Positions 1 through 12,189 of a stretch of 64,000 bases of DNA are shown piece after piece (position 1 is the first letter of the stretch; each line of letters opens with the position of its first letter). The notes below the pieces were generated by a model. It worked only from the letters and a program-made list of their open reading frames with translations, was not told the origin of the DNA and did no database searches. Origin of the DNA: Ginglymostoma cirratum (taxonomy: Eukaryota); assembly GCA_024137785.1 (NCBI GenBank), contig JAHRHZ010000074.1, positions 557,350-621,349 on the forward strand. Direction: 5' to 3'. The position numbers were made by a program, and so were the translations under genes.

Positions 1-284
1 GTCTGCTTGTTTTAATAAATGGAGTGCATGAAAAAAGAAACTCCTAGGTGTAGTAGAGAAGGGGCACCTCACACAATCATGTTTTGTACAGAATATAGAT
101 TCATGGATATAGATTTAGATTTAATTTGTTTTGAAATTTGGGTCTGCATATCAGCTCTAATTTTTACTGAAAAATGGGGAAATAAATCTTTTAATTGCAT
201 AGGTTTTCTTTATTCATATGTAAGTGTTAGCTGTTAAGTAGAAATTGACTTAATCTATCTATGAATGGATATAGACACTTGTTA

Positions 285-420
285 TAAAACAAAGAACTGC
301 TGATGTTGGAAATCAGAAACAAAAGCAGAAATTGCTGGAGAAACTTAGCAGGTCTGGCAGCATCTGTGGGAAGAAAGCAGACTTGACATTTCAAGTCCCG
401 TCACTCTTCATCAGAACTAT
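285..420 (-). mobile_element. Penelope-like element terminal fragment with degenerate hammerhead motif
   Basis: The motif gctggagaaacttagcaggtctggcagcatctgtgg recurs near 18420, 41640 and 58860. Minus strand reads agttCTGATGAagagtgacgggacttGAAAtgtc. Confidence 0.65.
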
Positions 421-699
421 GTTACAATAGTTAACTGCAATAAATATTTGTTGGATTCTTCAATACTACTATATCCATGCCCAGCTTGTGCTAAGGGAGA
501 TACCATAAGCATTGCCACGTTCAGTAAAATACCTGCTGGGAGCAAACTCATACCATGGTTAGTAGAGATGGACATCTAGATAAAAGACTCTTGGGCCAAC
601 TAGACAACAACTTTGGATAACAGAGACCTGAGACAAGCAGCAGCATCAGTTTCCATAAGTAATGAAACTTCTTAGATCTGTAGCTTCTTGGCCAGCAAG

Positions 700-3288
700 A
701 AGACAGTGTTAATTTCTTTTGATTAGAGTATACGCTCTTTCAGGATAAAATACTCTTCTAAAATGGCCTCAGTTAAAAGATAAAACAAACCTGGAAATCT
801 GTAGAGTGATTGGACATGATTGGTAATTTTAAGGTTGATGTAGAATAGCATCTTATGGATGATGCATCTCTATTTATTGAACCTCCGAAGAACCGCAGTG
901 TGAACAATCAGGAACAAATTCAAGTGGAAGTGAACATGATGGAGCAAAATGGTTCACTGCTGCACAGATTGATATAAACCCCATTGCGCAGATATTTAGA
1001 ATTCATTCTCAGGATAGTCTAGTGCTTGTTTTACAAAATAGAACTGCAGACATTTAAAGGAAGATGGCACCATAAATGTATGCCTACATTCTAAATTTTC
1101 CAGAGCAAGATGGTTTTCCAAATAAGATATGAATCATGGCTACAGGTCCAGCCATTTTGGAAAAATATGCCAGGAGCTGACAAAATTTAGGATGTCGCTA
1201 TGTCAGTAACGTTTCAGACAGTTATTATTTTTACTGTCAGGTATCCAAGACATATTCCAACTATAGAGGAATAGGATTGTTGCGAATGTACCTGGCTGTA
1301 TTTGCATAGCTGATGGCGTTGTGTTTATGAAGGCAGTGCATTCCTATAACTGTCATCTACTGATGATAGCAGCACATCAGCAATATTCAACAGCGTGAAA
1401 TGCCCGGTCAGTGCATAAAATCCATCCTGATCCAAGGAAGATTTGGAGTGTAAAACAAATACTAACCTCACAGGTTAAAGAGGATCTGCCTCAGATTTTT
1501 TAATTTGCTCTTGCCATGTATTTTCAGGATATTTACATTGAGATATTTGTTTAATGATGCACAGCGGGTCCCTGATTTATGAATTTCTGACTTACAAGTG
1601 CTCCTATTTACAAATGTATTCCCATTCGGAGTACAATTTTAAAGAGTCGACATAGAAACATTTCCTGTATTTATGAACAGCTGCATTATGTTGTCCTCCT
1701 TTGGGTTCTGACTTGTGTACAAATCGACTTGTGAATGGGACTTAAGAACAGAATGTGTTCATGACTTGGGTCTGCCTGTACTTAACTGGCAAAAAAAGTC
1801 ACCACTTAAAACATATCATAAGCCATTAGAAATGATCTGCAGCAAACTGCTAACAAGTGTATTGACATGTATTGTTAATCTTTGCAGAATCTACTTGTCA
1901 CAGTCCAAGGATACCACTTTGAAATGAGGTACAAACCAATTGTCAGGAATATTACGTCTGACACACTGAGCAGATTACCCAATTTACACAAAGACTAATA
2001 TATTCCTTTTGATCTACACTTTGATGCTGTTGACTATGAAGTTGGATATATTCCCAATGTTGGGCTGTTACACTTTGAAAAGAGGCAGTGTGAACAGCTA
2101 TAACTGGCAACAGCCAAGGATGAACAACTACGAGATTTGCAAATGATCATGATCCATGGTTAGCCTGAAAGTATTAAAGAACTACCTGAGAAGATTTGTT
2201 CACTTTGGCCATGCAGAAACAAACGTTTTGTCCTAACTAGGGATGAATGAGGACATTCAATGGTTGTGAATGTCTGTGAGGCATGCCGAAGGTATTTGAT
2301 CCCAGCAGTGAAGAGAGCCTCTACATCCATACATTATTCCAACTGTTCCTTGAACTATAGTAGCAACAGTTCCATACACAGTGCATGGGGTGAGTACATC
2401 CATGCGATAGATTACTTCTCAAAGTTTCCCAAAGTTCAATGACAACAACACCATTGCTGATACAATCTTGCAACTTTCGATATATTCAGTATGTCTGATA
2501 AAGGATCACACTGACAAGCCATTTCCAACCATTTGTACTAGGTGGGTGAGTGACCCATATTACATAACCACCTCACTATCCATGCTTAAACTGTGGAGCA
2601 GAACATTTGTCAAAATAGTGTTCCTTAAATGTCAAGCAGTAAAGCAAGATTTTCGCATCGCACTTCAGCATTTTTATGCAATACACCAACTGAGAAGAGA
2701 TTACATCCCTAGCTCAGACAGTTAGAGAAAATAACCTTGCCAGCAGCCAACTATTGAACCATTCTGAACACAGGGAATTCTTCTTCAAAGACAGTGGAGA
2801 ATGAGGGAAATATATGATGCAACACCAAGTACAGAGCTGTCAAAACTGCACACTAAGCAGAGAATGCAAATTGGAAGCTCAAAAATAAAAACCTGGCTAC
2901 CAGCAAATGTTTCTAAAATATGTAAAAAGCCTTGATCATACAAAGTAATGACTGATCATGGTGCTACACTGTGAAGGAACAAAAACAAACTCAGTCCAAT
3001 GTACGACATACCAAACATGTACGAAGACAGTGAGGAAGAACATACTAAAGATGAGGGTGTGCTGATGTTGAATGATAGCAACCAGCAGCAAAACAGCAAG
3101 TTGTCAAACAAGTGCGGCAGACAACAACCCATACCTCTCATATGGTGAGGACGATCTGTCAAAGTATGAGAATGAAGCTTGAAATGGTGGGTAAACTCTG
3201 TGTTACCTGTTGGCATGTTTGTCAATTTAACAATTATAAATGTGCGATCATATATATCTGTTTCGGATGACATTTGGCAAAAGGGGGA
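700..3288 (+). mobile_element. Degenerate Ty3/Gypsy LTR retrotransposon pol relic
   Basis: Broken RT motifs SQDIFQ (about 1243-1260) and IADGVV (about 1306-1323, IADD-like), integrase-like IDYFSKFP (2407-2430), and a polypurine tract aaaaggggga just before the LTR. Many stops and frameshifts. Confidence 0.7.
1562..1778. mobile_element. Tigger/pogo-type MITE nested in the Gypsy relic
   Basis: Imperfect TIRs cagcgggtccctgatttatgaa / ttcatgacttgggtctgcctg, followed by TA. Confidence 0.6.
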
Positions 3289-3457
3289 TGTTGTGTTATG
3301 TCTCATTGTCAGTATATCAGTATACATTTTAGAGACATGCTCATGGTATCATTGCTGCAACATAACGTGACTTGAGGGTATAAAGATGTCATCTGTTACC
3401 AGGATCACTTGAAGCATGACACACTACGGGAAATATATTCTTCTGTGCTATTCAACA
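3289..3457 (+). mobile_element. 3' LTR of the Gypsy relic
   Basis: Starts TGTTG directly after the PPT and ends CAACA (5-bp inverted termini). Internal gtataaa TATA-like motif. Confidence 0.65.
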
Positions 3458-4709
3458 GTTTACTGTTAGTCCTGATACTTACATGCCTGCGTATATAATT
3501 TTTATATGTATTGCTGTAATAAATGTCTGTTGGATTTTTCATGCCCAATTTGATATTTATGGGAAATAATGTAACCATTGCCAACCTGATGAAAGTAAAC
3601 CACTGTCCCCCTCAAAGCTTCTATCTTGAAAACCCTTTTGCTCAAAAAGCTAACATTGTGGTCAAATCTTGTTGCACTGAATCTGATAGTTTATTTTTAG
3701 GAATTGGGCAGTCTCTGTAAGAATGAATGTATTTGTTCACTGTGAGGTCAGTAAGAATGTAGAATTCTCTACCACATGGGAGAGGCTGAGGGGAACAGCA
3801 TAAATGTATTTGGGGGAAACTGATCAGCATGAAGAAATAAGGAATAGAAGGATGTGCTTATCATGTGAAACATTAACACTGGCACAAACTAACTGAGCAG
3901 AATGCCCTTCCTCTTTGGCGTAAGTTCTATGTTATCTCAGTGTAACTAAAACTCTCCACAATTTACTTTCTTTGAAGTGTTCTGAATTAATGTAAATAAT
4001 AGCAGAGAGCCCCTGAGCTGTTTTCCAATTTCAAATAAGTTGATAGATACGAGTGATACTATGTGGAGAGAGGCATGCTGCAGGAATTACAGAGCACACA
4101 TTCATCTCAAAGATGAGACTGACACTCTGCTTTCAGGGAATTAGATTTAATAAGTGAATCCTTTGTGACCTACGTGAGAAAAGACTTAGTATTTGAAGCT
4201 CATGTAATTTAAATTCTCTAGATGCTAGTGAAAGCTTTTCTATAATAGAGATGTCTCTCAGGATTTGTCTGTGCCACAATAACCAGAACCCAGCACTGCA
4301 TTTGCTTTCTGCTTCAGACCTTTTTACATTATGCAAATAGCTTTCTGCTCTTTTTCAAAGTTTTGCAAGTGATTGAGACTTAGCTCTGGCAGGTGGAAAA
4401 TTTCAAAAATCACATGACTTTGAACTTGTGTCAGTCATGACAATAAGTTCCATTTTGATTCACTCAAATTCCAAATGACTACAATTAATCTCAAGTTTTC
4501 TTGAAGAACTTGCCGTCACTATCCTGACTTGGAAATATATCACTACCCCTTCAGTATCACTGGGTCATAATTCTGGAATTCTTCTCCTAACAGCATTGCG
4601 GGTGTACCTGAATAAATAAAAATAACTACTCCTACCAAGTATCTCAGAACACTATTACATTCTGAGCACCAAATGCTGTTGCTTTTTATATCACACATGC
4701 TAGGAATAA

Positions 4710-5850
4710 ATAACAATTATTTTCTATTGCCAAATTTTAAAAGAAGAGGGGAAGATAGCTCGAAATGTAAAAACAGATGGCAAGAGTTTCTCTCGACATC
4801 TAAAAAGGAAAAAGTAGGTGTTGTTCCTGTAGTGGGTGACAATGGGAGTTAATAGTAGATAATAAAGAAATGGTGAATGCTATAAATAAATATTTCACAT
4901 CTGTCTTCACTGCAGAGCATACAGAAGATCCCCGTTATATCTGTAGATCTGGAGGCTGAAGGAATAGAGGAACTTGTGAAATTGTAGTGACTAGAAAAGC
5001 AGTACTGAGAAAACTGATGAAGTTGCATCTTGCTAAGTCTCTGGATCGAGATGGACTTCATCCTTGGGTCTTAAAAGGGGTGGCTAACAAAGTATTAAAT
5101 GTGTTGGTATTATTTTTCTAAATTTCCTTTGATTCAGGGTAACTTCCATCAGACTGGAAAGTAACAAATATAACGATTCTTCGATTCAAGAAGGAAGGGA
5201 GGCAGAAAACAGGGAACTGCAGACTAGTTAGTTTAAAACTTGTGACGAATTGAACCCAAAATATGCTTCAGTTACGCTGCAGTTACATAGGGCACTGCTG
5301 AAATCTCAACTTGAATATTGTGTGCAGTTTTGTTCTCATTTTTTGAAGGACATTTTTGAGAAGAGGCTTGATACCTGAAATGTTTGGGATATCTTTTGAA
5401 GAAAGATTGAACAGCTTAGGGTTTGTTTTCACTTTAATTTAGAAGAGAGAAGAGTGGTTTGCTTGAAGTGTATATGATCCTGAATGGTCCTGACAAGGTG
5501 AATGTGGAAAGGATGTTTCTTCTTGTGGGTAAGTCCAGAACTAGGGGCCGAGATTTTAAAATTCAGGATTGTCCTTTTATGAAAGGGATGAGGGGAATTT
5601 TTTTTTCCTTTCAGGCAGCTGTGCATTTTGGAACTCTCTGCCTGAATGGGAGGTGGAGGCAGGGTCATGGAATATTTCTAAGACAGAGGCAGGTACCATC
5701 TTGTCAGACAAGGGAATCAAACGTCATTAGGGATAGAAGGTAATGTGGAATTTGGAAAACAAACATATCAACCACAAATTTATTGAATGGCAGAGCAGGC
5801 TTGAAGGACCGGATGGGCACTACTTTTGCTCCTAATTTATATTTCTGTGT
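4710..5850 (+). mobile_element. CR1 LINE, degenerate and internally deleted, with 3' end
   Basis: CR1 ORF2 remnants and a 3' UTR (attgaatggcagagcaggcttgaaggaccggatgg) shared with many copies in the window. Confidence 0.8.
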
Positions 5851-6949
5851 GGTCAATATGTCATTAGTGAAGACAAACAACCTCTAAAGCTGCAAATTAT
5901 AAACTACAAATGATTTGAAAAGTATGTTTGTGTCTTCCAGCTTCTTGCATGCATCCCAGTGTACATTAAAGAAATCATACAATAGAATTTGTGAGCACAA
6001 CAAAAATGTGTGTAGTAATAAAACATGTTGCAATCAGAAAGTGACCTTGAGGTGCTTCACAATTACACATCATCCATATTTAGTGGGAAAGCTTAGCAAT
6101 GTGTTGTTCAGAACAATTTGAGAACAATTTTCAGAACAATTAAGATCCATTTAATTTAATTGAGGTTTTGTTGTCTCACCTCATGAATTAATAGTGTAGT
6201 CCTTAAGGTGTTCACTTTGTAAATCATAGGACTAGTTGTTGCACAATCCACAGGCTTCCTCACCAGGACATTTTTTCGGCCTTTCACAGTATACTATACA
6301 AAACACTACATTTAGCAAATTTAGGCTCACTGAATTTTCTCTTTCCAGCTGCGACTGGATGAAACTGTACAGAAAGAGAGGGGGACAGAGCTAACTTTTT
6401 TTTGTATCAGAACTAGAAAATGTTTGGCACAGAAGCAGGTATGACGTTAGTGTGAGAGCTCTGGGCAGCTCAGCAGCAACACGGGAAAGCCATTTTTCAT
6501 ACAGAGGTATAGCCCCTTAGGACAGCCAGCACAGTAACAACGGCCCTCATTTGTGCCACATTATGCTAATTTGGCAAACACTGGGGATTGAATCTAATAC
6601 TTTCCTGGCTTGGATACCTCAGCTATTCACAGGATAATATCATTAAGTCACTATTCTCCAAGAAGGGTATTGCATCCAACTGGGTAATAAGGTGATCCCT
6701 ATGGTGGTATGATAATGCTGCGTGTTATTAGTAAGCCGGGCTCTTACTGTAAATTAACTCAATCTTTGTTATCGAGAGATACATGTTTTAATAAAGTTTG
6801 TGCTGAACAAATAAATGTGAATTAACAAGTTATTAGCTTATCATCAGGAACACTGCAGATGTCAGGCAGTAGGCCATCTTTCTGTAGAAGTAAGATTGCA
6901 TTGGCTGGACCCATGGCTATCTTTCCTGTTCTCGTGCTAAATCTTTACT

Positions 6950-7870
6950 GGATCTGATCTCTGCTTCTAATCATAGCTTCCTGGAAAGGACACATCATGA
7001 AACCCTCAGCCTGCCATTTTATAGTCACTTAGAGTGCTGTGAGCAGCAAAAGAATCTCCCTCAACCTGCATCCTGTCCATATCCTGTTCTTCTATTGAAG
7101 ACAGAGCAGAGAGCAAATGTACACTTTTGGCCAGTGGATAGGCTGCTCAGTTCAGGTTCTGGTGTGCAGGCGGCTGAGATGATATTGATTTTGCATCCCT
7201 ACTCAGTGCACTTGCAGAGGACTAGGGAGTCATTTCTTTAAAGAATGGCCTTTGATGCTGGAATCCATCCACAGAACCTGTGAGAGGGGCAAATGGGATA
7301 GTAGAACTCTGGAAGGGTTGACTGGAAGAATAAAAATGTCACGGCAACTTCCTTCAAAACATGCACACACACGTAGGAAGTTCTTTCTGTGTTTGCAAGC
7401 CACCCGCACATTCAGAAAATGGCAGACTTTTTTGTTGATGAACTACTCTGGTCCATGAGCAGGTGCCCTGATGATGACATAGGTACATTTGGTAACTCCC
7501 TGGACTTGGAATAATCTGGCAATTGTAGCGAAGTCCGGTATTGTCTGAGCTTGGGAGGCCCTTGATGTAGTCCCCAGCCTTGGCAAGAGAGTATCTTTAA
7601 CCATGGTGATGCAGCAAAGAAATTCAACGCTGAAGTGGTCTTGACTGCTCCCAAAAAGGACTGGAAGTGAATGGAATAACGTGTCAGCTACACTGATGAG
7701 GGCAGAGACCCCTCTGACCATTTGACTAGAGCATCGTAGTATTCTTCTGCACTGCATTTTGTTCACTTTCAGGTAACTCCACCATTTCAGCAGATGTTAT
7801 GCTCTAGATGGATTTCCTTCTCTTCCATGACTGTCATTCTCTGCTATGGCCTCCTGCCTCCAGGATCCTT
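6950..7870 (-). mobile_element. PIF/Harbinger (HARBI1-like) DDE transposase relic
   Basis: Minus frame reads FATIARLFQVQGVTKCTYVIIRAP...FINKK, matching the Harbinger motif F..IAGFP.VQG.IDCTH..I.AP...F.NRK. Confidence 0.7.
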
Positions 7871-7894
7871 CTTTGATGTGTTACCTTAATGTGT

Positions 7895-8850
7895 CATTTT
7901 AATATAGTTATAATATATAATAATGACTTGGATGAGGAAAGTAGATGTACTACAACCAAGTTTGAGGTTAACACAAAAATAGGCTGGAAAGCAAGTGGCA
8001 TGGATGACACAAAAAGTTTACAGAGCAGTATAGAAAGGTTAAGTGAGTAGGCTAATATTTGGCAGATGGAATATAATGTGGGGAAATTAGAAGTTATGCA
8101 CTTTGGCAAGAAGGTTATATTTAAAAGGATAAATACTATGGAAAGCTACAGCACAGAGCAATGTGGGAGTCCTCATGCAAGTTCAGCAGGTAATAGGGGA
8201 GGCAAATGGAATGTTAACTTTTAATTCGAAGTGAATAGAGTATAAAAATAGAGAGATTTTGCTAAAATTATACAAGGCATTAGTCAGACAACAGCTGGAA
8301 TACTGAAAACAATTTTGATCCCCTTACCTCAGGGAAGCTATACTGGCATTGGAGACAGTCCAGAGAAAGTTCAATAGGTTGAGCCTACGTATGGAGGGAC
8401 TGTCTTATGAGGAAAGGTTGAGTAGTTTGAGTCTGTACAGTGGAGTTTAGAGGAATGAGAGGCAACCTTATTGAAACATATGAAACATTTACGGGATTTC
8501 ACAGGTTAGATGTGGAAAGATTGCTTCTTTTGTTGACATGGTGTAGAATCAGAGGACACAATCTCAGAAGAAGGGGGTGCCTTTTAAGACAGGGATGAGT
8601 AGGAATTACTTCTCTCAGTGGATAGTAAATTTGTGAAATTCTTTACCACAGAGGGCTGCTAAGACTAGATTATTCAGTATATTCAATGCTGAGACAGACA
8701 GATTTTTAATCAGTAAAGGTATCAAAAATAATAGGATAAGGCAAGAAAGCGCAGTTGGAAGATTATCAGATCAGTCATGATCTTATTGAACTATGGAACA
8801 GATTCAATGGACTGATGGACTACTTCAGGTCCTATTCTTTATGGTCCTAT
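7895..8850 (+). mobile_element. CR1 LINE 3' fragment
   Basis: RT C-terminal remnants (IYNNDLDE, KFEVNTKIG, WQMEYNV) followed by the CR1 3' UTR. Confidence 0.85.
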
Positions 8851-11629
8851 TGCCCTCCATTTGAAATAGTGCTGGGTTGTTTCTAGATGCACCCTTCCTC
8901 TTTATCAGGTAATGTCCAGGCAACCTGATTCACTGCTCAGTCAATGCCAAAGGGATGGCCAGGAATTGCAGTGACAAGGATTTATCCCACCACTTCATTT
9001 TTCTTTTAATGAGCCCTTGAAACTCTCAGTCCATGTAGCGGCCCATTGCAGACAGCTAAGAACTTTCCTTCATATTAAAGAAAGTTTCCCTGTCTTCTGG
9101 CTCACCTGCATTTCCATTCATGCCTTCCCTCACTGGATATAATTACCTGAGGGGTCTGGAGTCCCAGGCATCTCCCAAAAGGCTCGGTTAGATCTGTTCA
9201 GGGCATTTTATTATCTGAACAAGATCAACTGATCTCATCATGGGGATAAGTCTGTTCTGGGACCTGTAAATGAAAATAGTGAAGATTGCAATTAAAGCAG
9301 AACTTCCATCTCCGATGCTCAGTGGCCATTTTCTTCTCTGATCCACCACCATTTTGTCCTGATTACGGACAGTAAAGACTGGTCTCTAATGTCTGATGAT
9401 TTATTCCAGCCACATTTTTAATTATACTTTCTCTCATGTTTTCCGTATTTCCTGCTTTCTTTTAAAGATTTCATTCATTGTCTTCCTTTTCTGAGACTGT
9501 TTTTCCGCAACATACTGTGCTGACAGGATTTTAAAGAATTGTATGGGCATTCCAGATGAGGAGCAATTCTTCCAAACAATACAAGTTGTCAAATGACAGA
9601 TCCACAGGACATGAAATCCCTACATTTCTGGGTTGCTAGTCCGGAATTTATTGATGTTAAGTTCTATATTGAGGCTGCTAATTCCTGAAAGGATCTGATT
9701 GTGGAATCATTAGTGTGGTACCAATTCTATTGCAAGCCCCAGTTAATAGTGTGCTCCTTTTCAGAATGGAATGCAGACTTTCTTCTGCCGCAATGTTAAA
9801 ACACAAGTTCCATATTGAGTTAAAGATTTTTATAAATGTCGATAGACATATTTTTCTCTTTACTGCTTATTGTTGAATGCAAACAGGCTGAGAAAGAAAA
9901 CTCCTATAAATATCTGTGACATCTCATTTGCACAGCCATTCATCTTTGCTGCATCAAACAGTGTCAGTTAATGATTTGGTTCCTGAAATATGTGCTCTTT
10001 CTGCATGTGGACAGGTGACTGTAGAATAGAACCAAATCCCACTAAAGAACCTGACTGACTGATTGAATTGATATTATTTTTCCTTGAGGGGAAGGGAGTG
10101 AAAGATCAGCAAAATGGCATTTAGCAGGAATTGGTTTCATGCTCCATGGCATCCAATAAATTAAACTGTCAACGATACAAAAAGCTCCATTACACCAGCA
10201 CTACAGTTTGCAGGTAACCAGCTAGCTAAAAAAAAATCTAGGAATAATGGCCCTGATGTTCATTCAGGACTAGGAAGAGAGTTGAGGGGAAGAGCTGGGG
10301 GATAAGTGTACGGGGAGGATTTCTGAATGGGAAACTTACAACTGCTGGTTTCCCAGATACCGGCCAAAATTAAATACTAAACATCTTGCAATCTTCTCAA
10401 AAGGTTTCGTGCCCAACTTGTGTGAGAAAGCACTCAGAGACCAACTGTCAGGTAGTCAGAGATCACTGTCTGAAGCCCGCAAAGAGATTGAGAGGGGCAG
10501 TGGAGACCAACTGTGAGGTGAATTGGAAAGGGAGTAGTGAGTAGGACATGATAATGGGGATGGTGGAGGATGTTGGGGATCACGAGGTAAGGAGGTATCA
10601 ATCATTGTGTGAAAATGGGGAAAGTCAGTCATTGTATGAGGATGGGACTTGTGTGGATATATTGTGCAGGGAATCAAACATCAAGTGGGCTTGGGGTGTC
10701 AGACACAGCATGAGTACAAAGGGAGTCAGATACTGTGTGGGCATGGGTTCTCAGACATTGCATCAAGGGTACTGTACATCATGGGGAATGAACAATTAGA
10801 TATTTTCAAATATATGGAGAATTGGAGATTAGCGGTATGGGGAAAGTCAGAAATCAAGGGCGATACGGATCAAACATTGCAAGGATTTTGGGAGTAGTCA
10901 GATGTTGTGTGGCCTGGTTGTCGAGGCTGTGAAGAAATGAGCTTGAGGGGTGATGTGTAGGTGGCAGGAAAGGTAATTGACAGCAGCTCTTCTTAGGCCA
11001 CAGACTGTGTTGTAAATGCATTTAACTTTTGGATTTGCCCCTTCACTCCTCCTTTTATCTGCCAGCCTCCATGGGCTAAAAATAAAAATCCTGTAAAAAT
11101 GGAACCACCCAGCATCCTTAAAGGACCTCATTGACTTAAAACTGGAAGTCAGTTGAAGATGAGTTATGGTGGTGCATGAAATATTTTTGTCTCCCAACTG
11201 GCCCCACCACCTGTGTTTGGGACTAAACTTTCCTTCATGTTTCAGTGTCACTCACTAAATTATTCTTTTTCTGACACTAAGTTGGAACCAATAGCTCTGT
11301 TTAACATAAAAATGTAGATATACGAAAGACTGAATGATGGTAGCTTTGCCCTTTATCATTGGCACAAGACAAAGAATCATCTAAAGATTGTATTAATTTT
11401 AAATAGAAAGTCTCACTACCAGTAAGTTATTTCAAGATCAAACAATTGCAAGAATTGTGATGGGTTTTAATTTCATTTGTTTTACACTCATTCACTTCAA
11501 TACGTAACATGAACAGGGAGTGGGCTTAGTGGGCCTCAGATACCAGGAGAATATCAGAAATTAATGCACTGTTGGAAGGACAAGGTGCTTGAAGTATTTC
11601 TGAGAAAAGATAATGAGCGTTAAGTTTGC

Positions 11630-11990
11630 TAACCATATAAAATGGCCATTGGGATTGGAGACACAATTAACTGCACCCATTTGTGGCCTACATGTCACTC
11701 CAGATCACAGCTGTTGACTCTTGACTGCCTTCTGAAATAGCTCAACAAGCCACTCAGTTCAAGGACAAATAGGGACAGAGGGTGGTGCATGTATGGAATG
11801 AGCTGCCAGAGGAAGTGGTGGAGGCTGGTACAATTACATCTGGATGGGTATATGAATAGGAAGGGTTTAGAGGGAAATGGGCCAAATGCTGGAAAATGGG
11901 ACCAGATTTATCTAGGATATCTGGTCAGCATGGATAAGTTGGATTGAAGGATCTGTTTCTGTGTTGTATATCTCTATGCTTTAATGACTC
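11630..11990 (+). mobile_element. SINE fragment followed by CR1 3' end
   Basis: ggcctacatgtcactccaga SINE core as near 29245, then cagagggtggtgcatgtatggaatgagctgccagagg CR1 tail. Confidence 0.7.
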
Positions 11991-12084
11991 TAAGAAGAAA
12001 GAAAAAAGTTGTAATCAGGTAGCGTATTAAATTTTATACTGCCAGTACTGTTATTTGATTGCTACATACAGCTAACAGTGTTGT

Positions 12085-12178
12085 AGAGTCCTGTGCTGCA
12101 TTGGGAGTGTTCCCACCTCTAGACCAGAAGGTTCCACCTGCCACAGAGGTGTGTCATTACATTTCTGAACAGGTTGAC
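12085..12178 (+). mobile_element. Short tRNA-derived SINE
   Basis: Same family as 21985-22075 (ccacctgc..cagaggtgtg...ctgaacaggttga). Confidence 0.55.
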
Positions 12179-12189
12179 AATGAAACACC

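Noticed and set aside
6108-6141. Three copies of agaacaatt
   Set aside because: A short slippage-type tandem repeat with no further structure.
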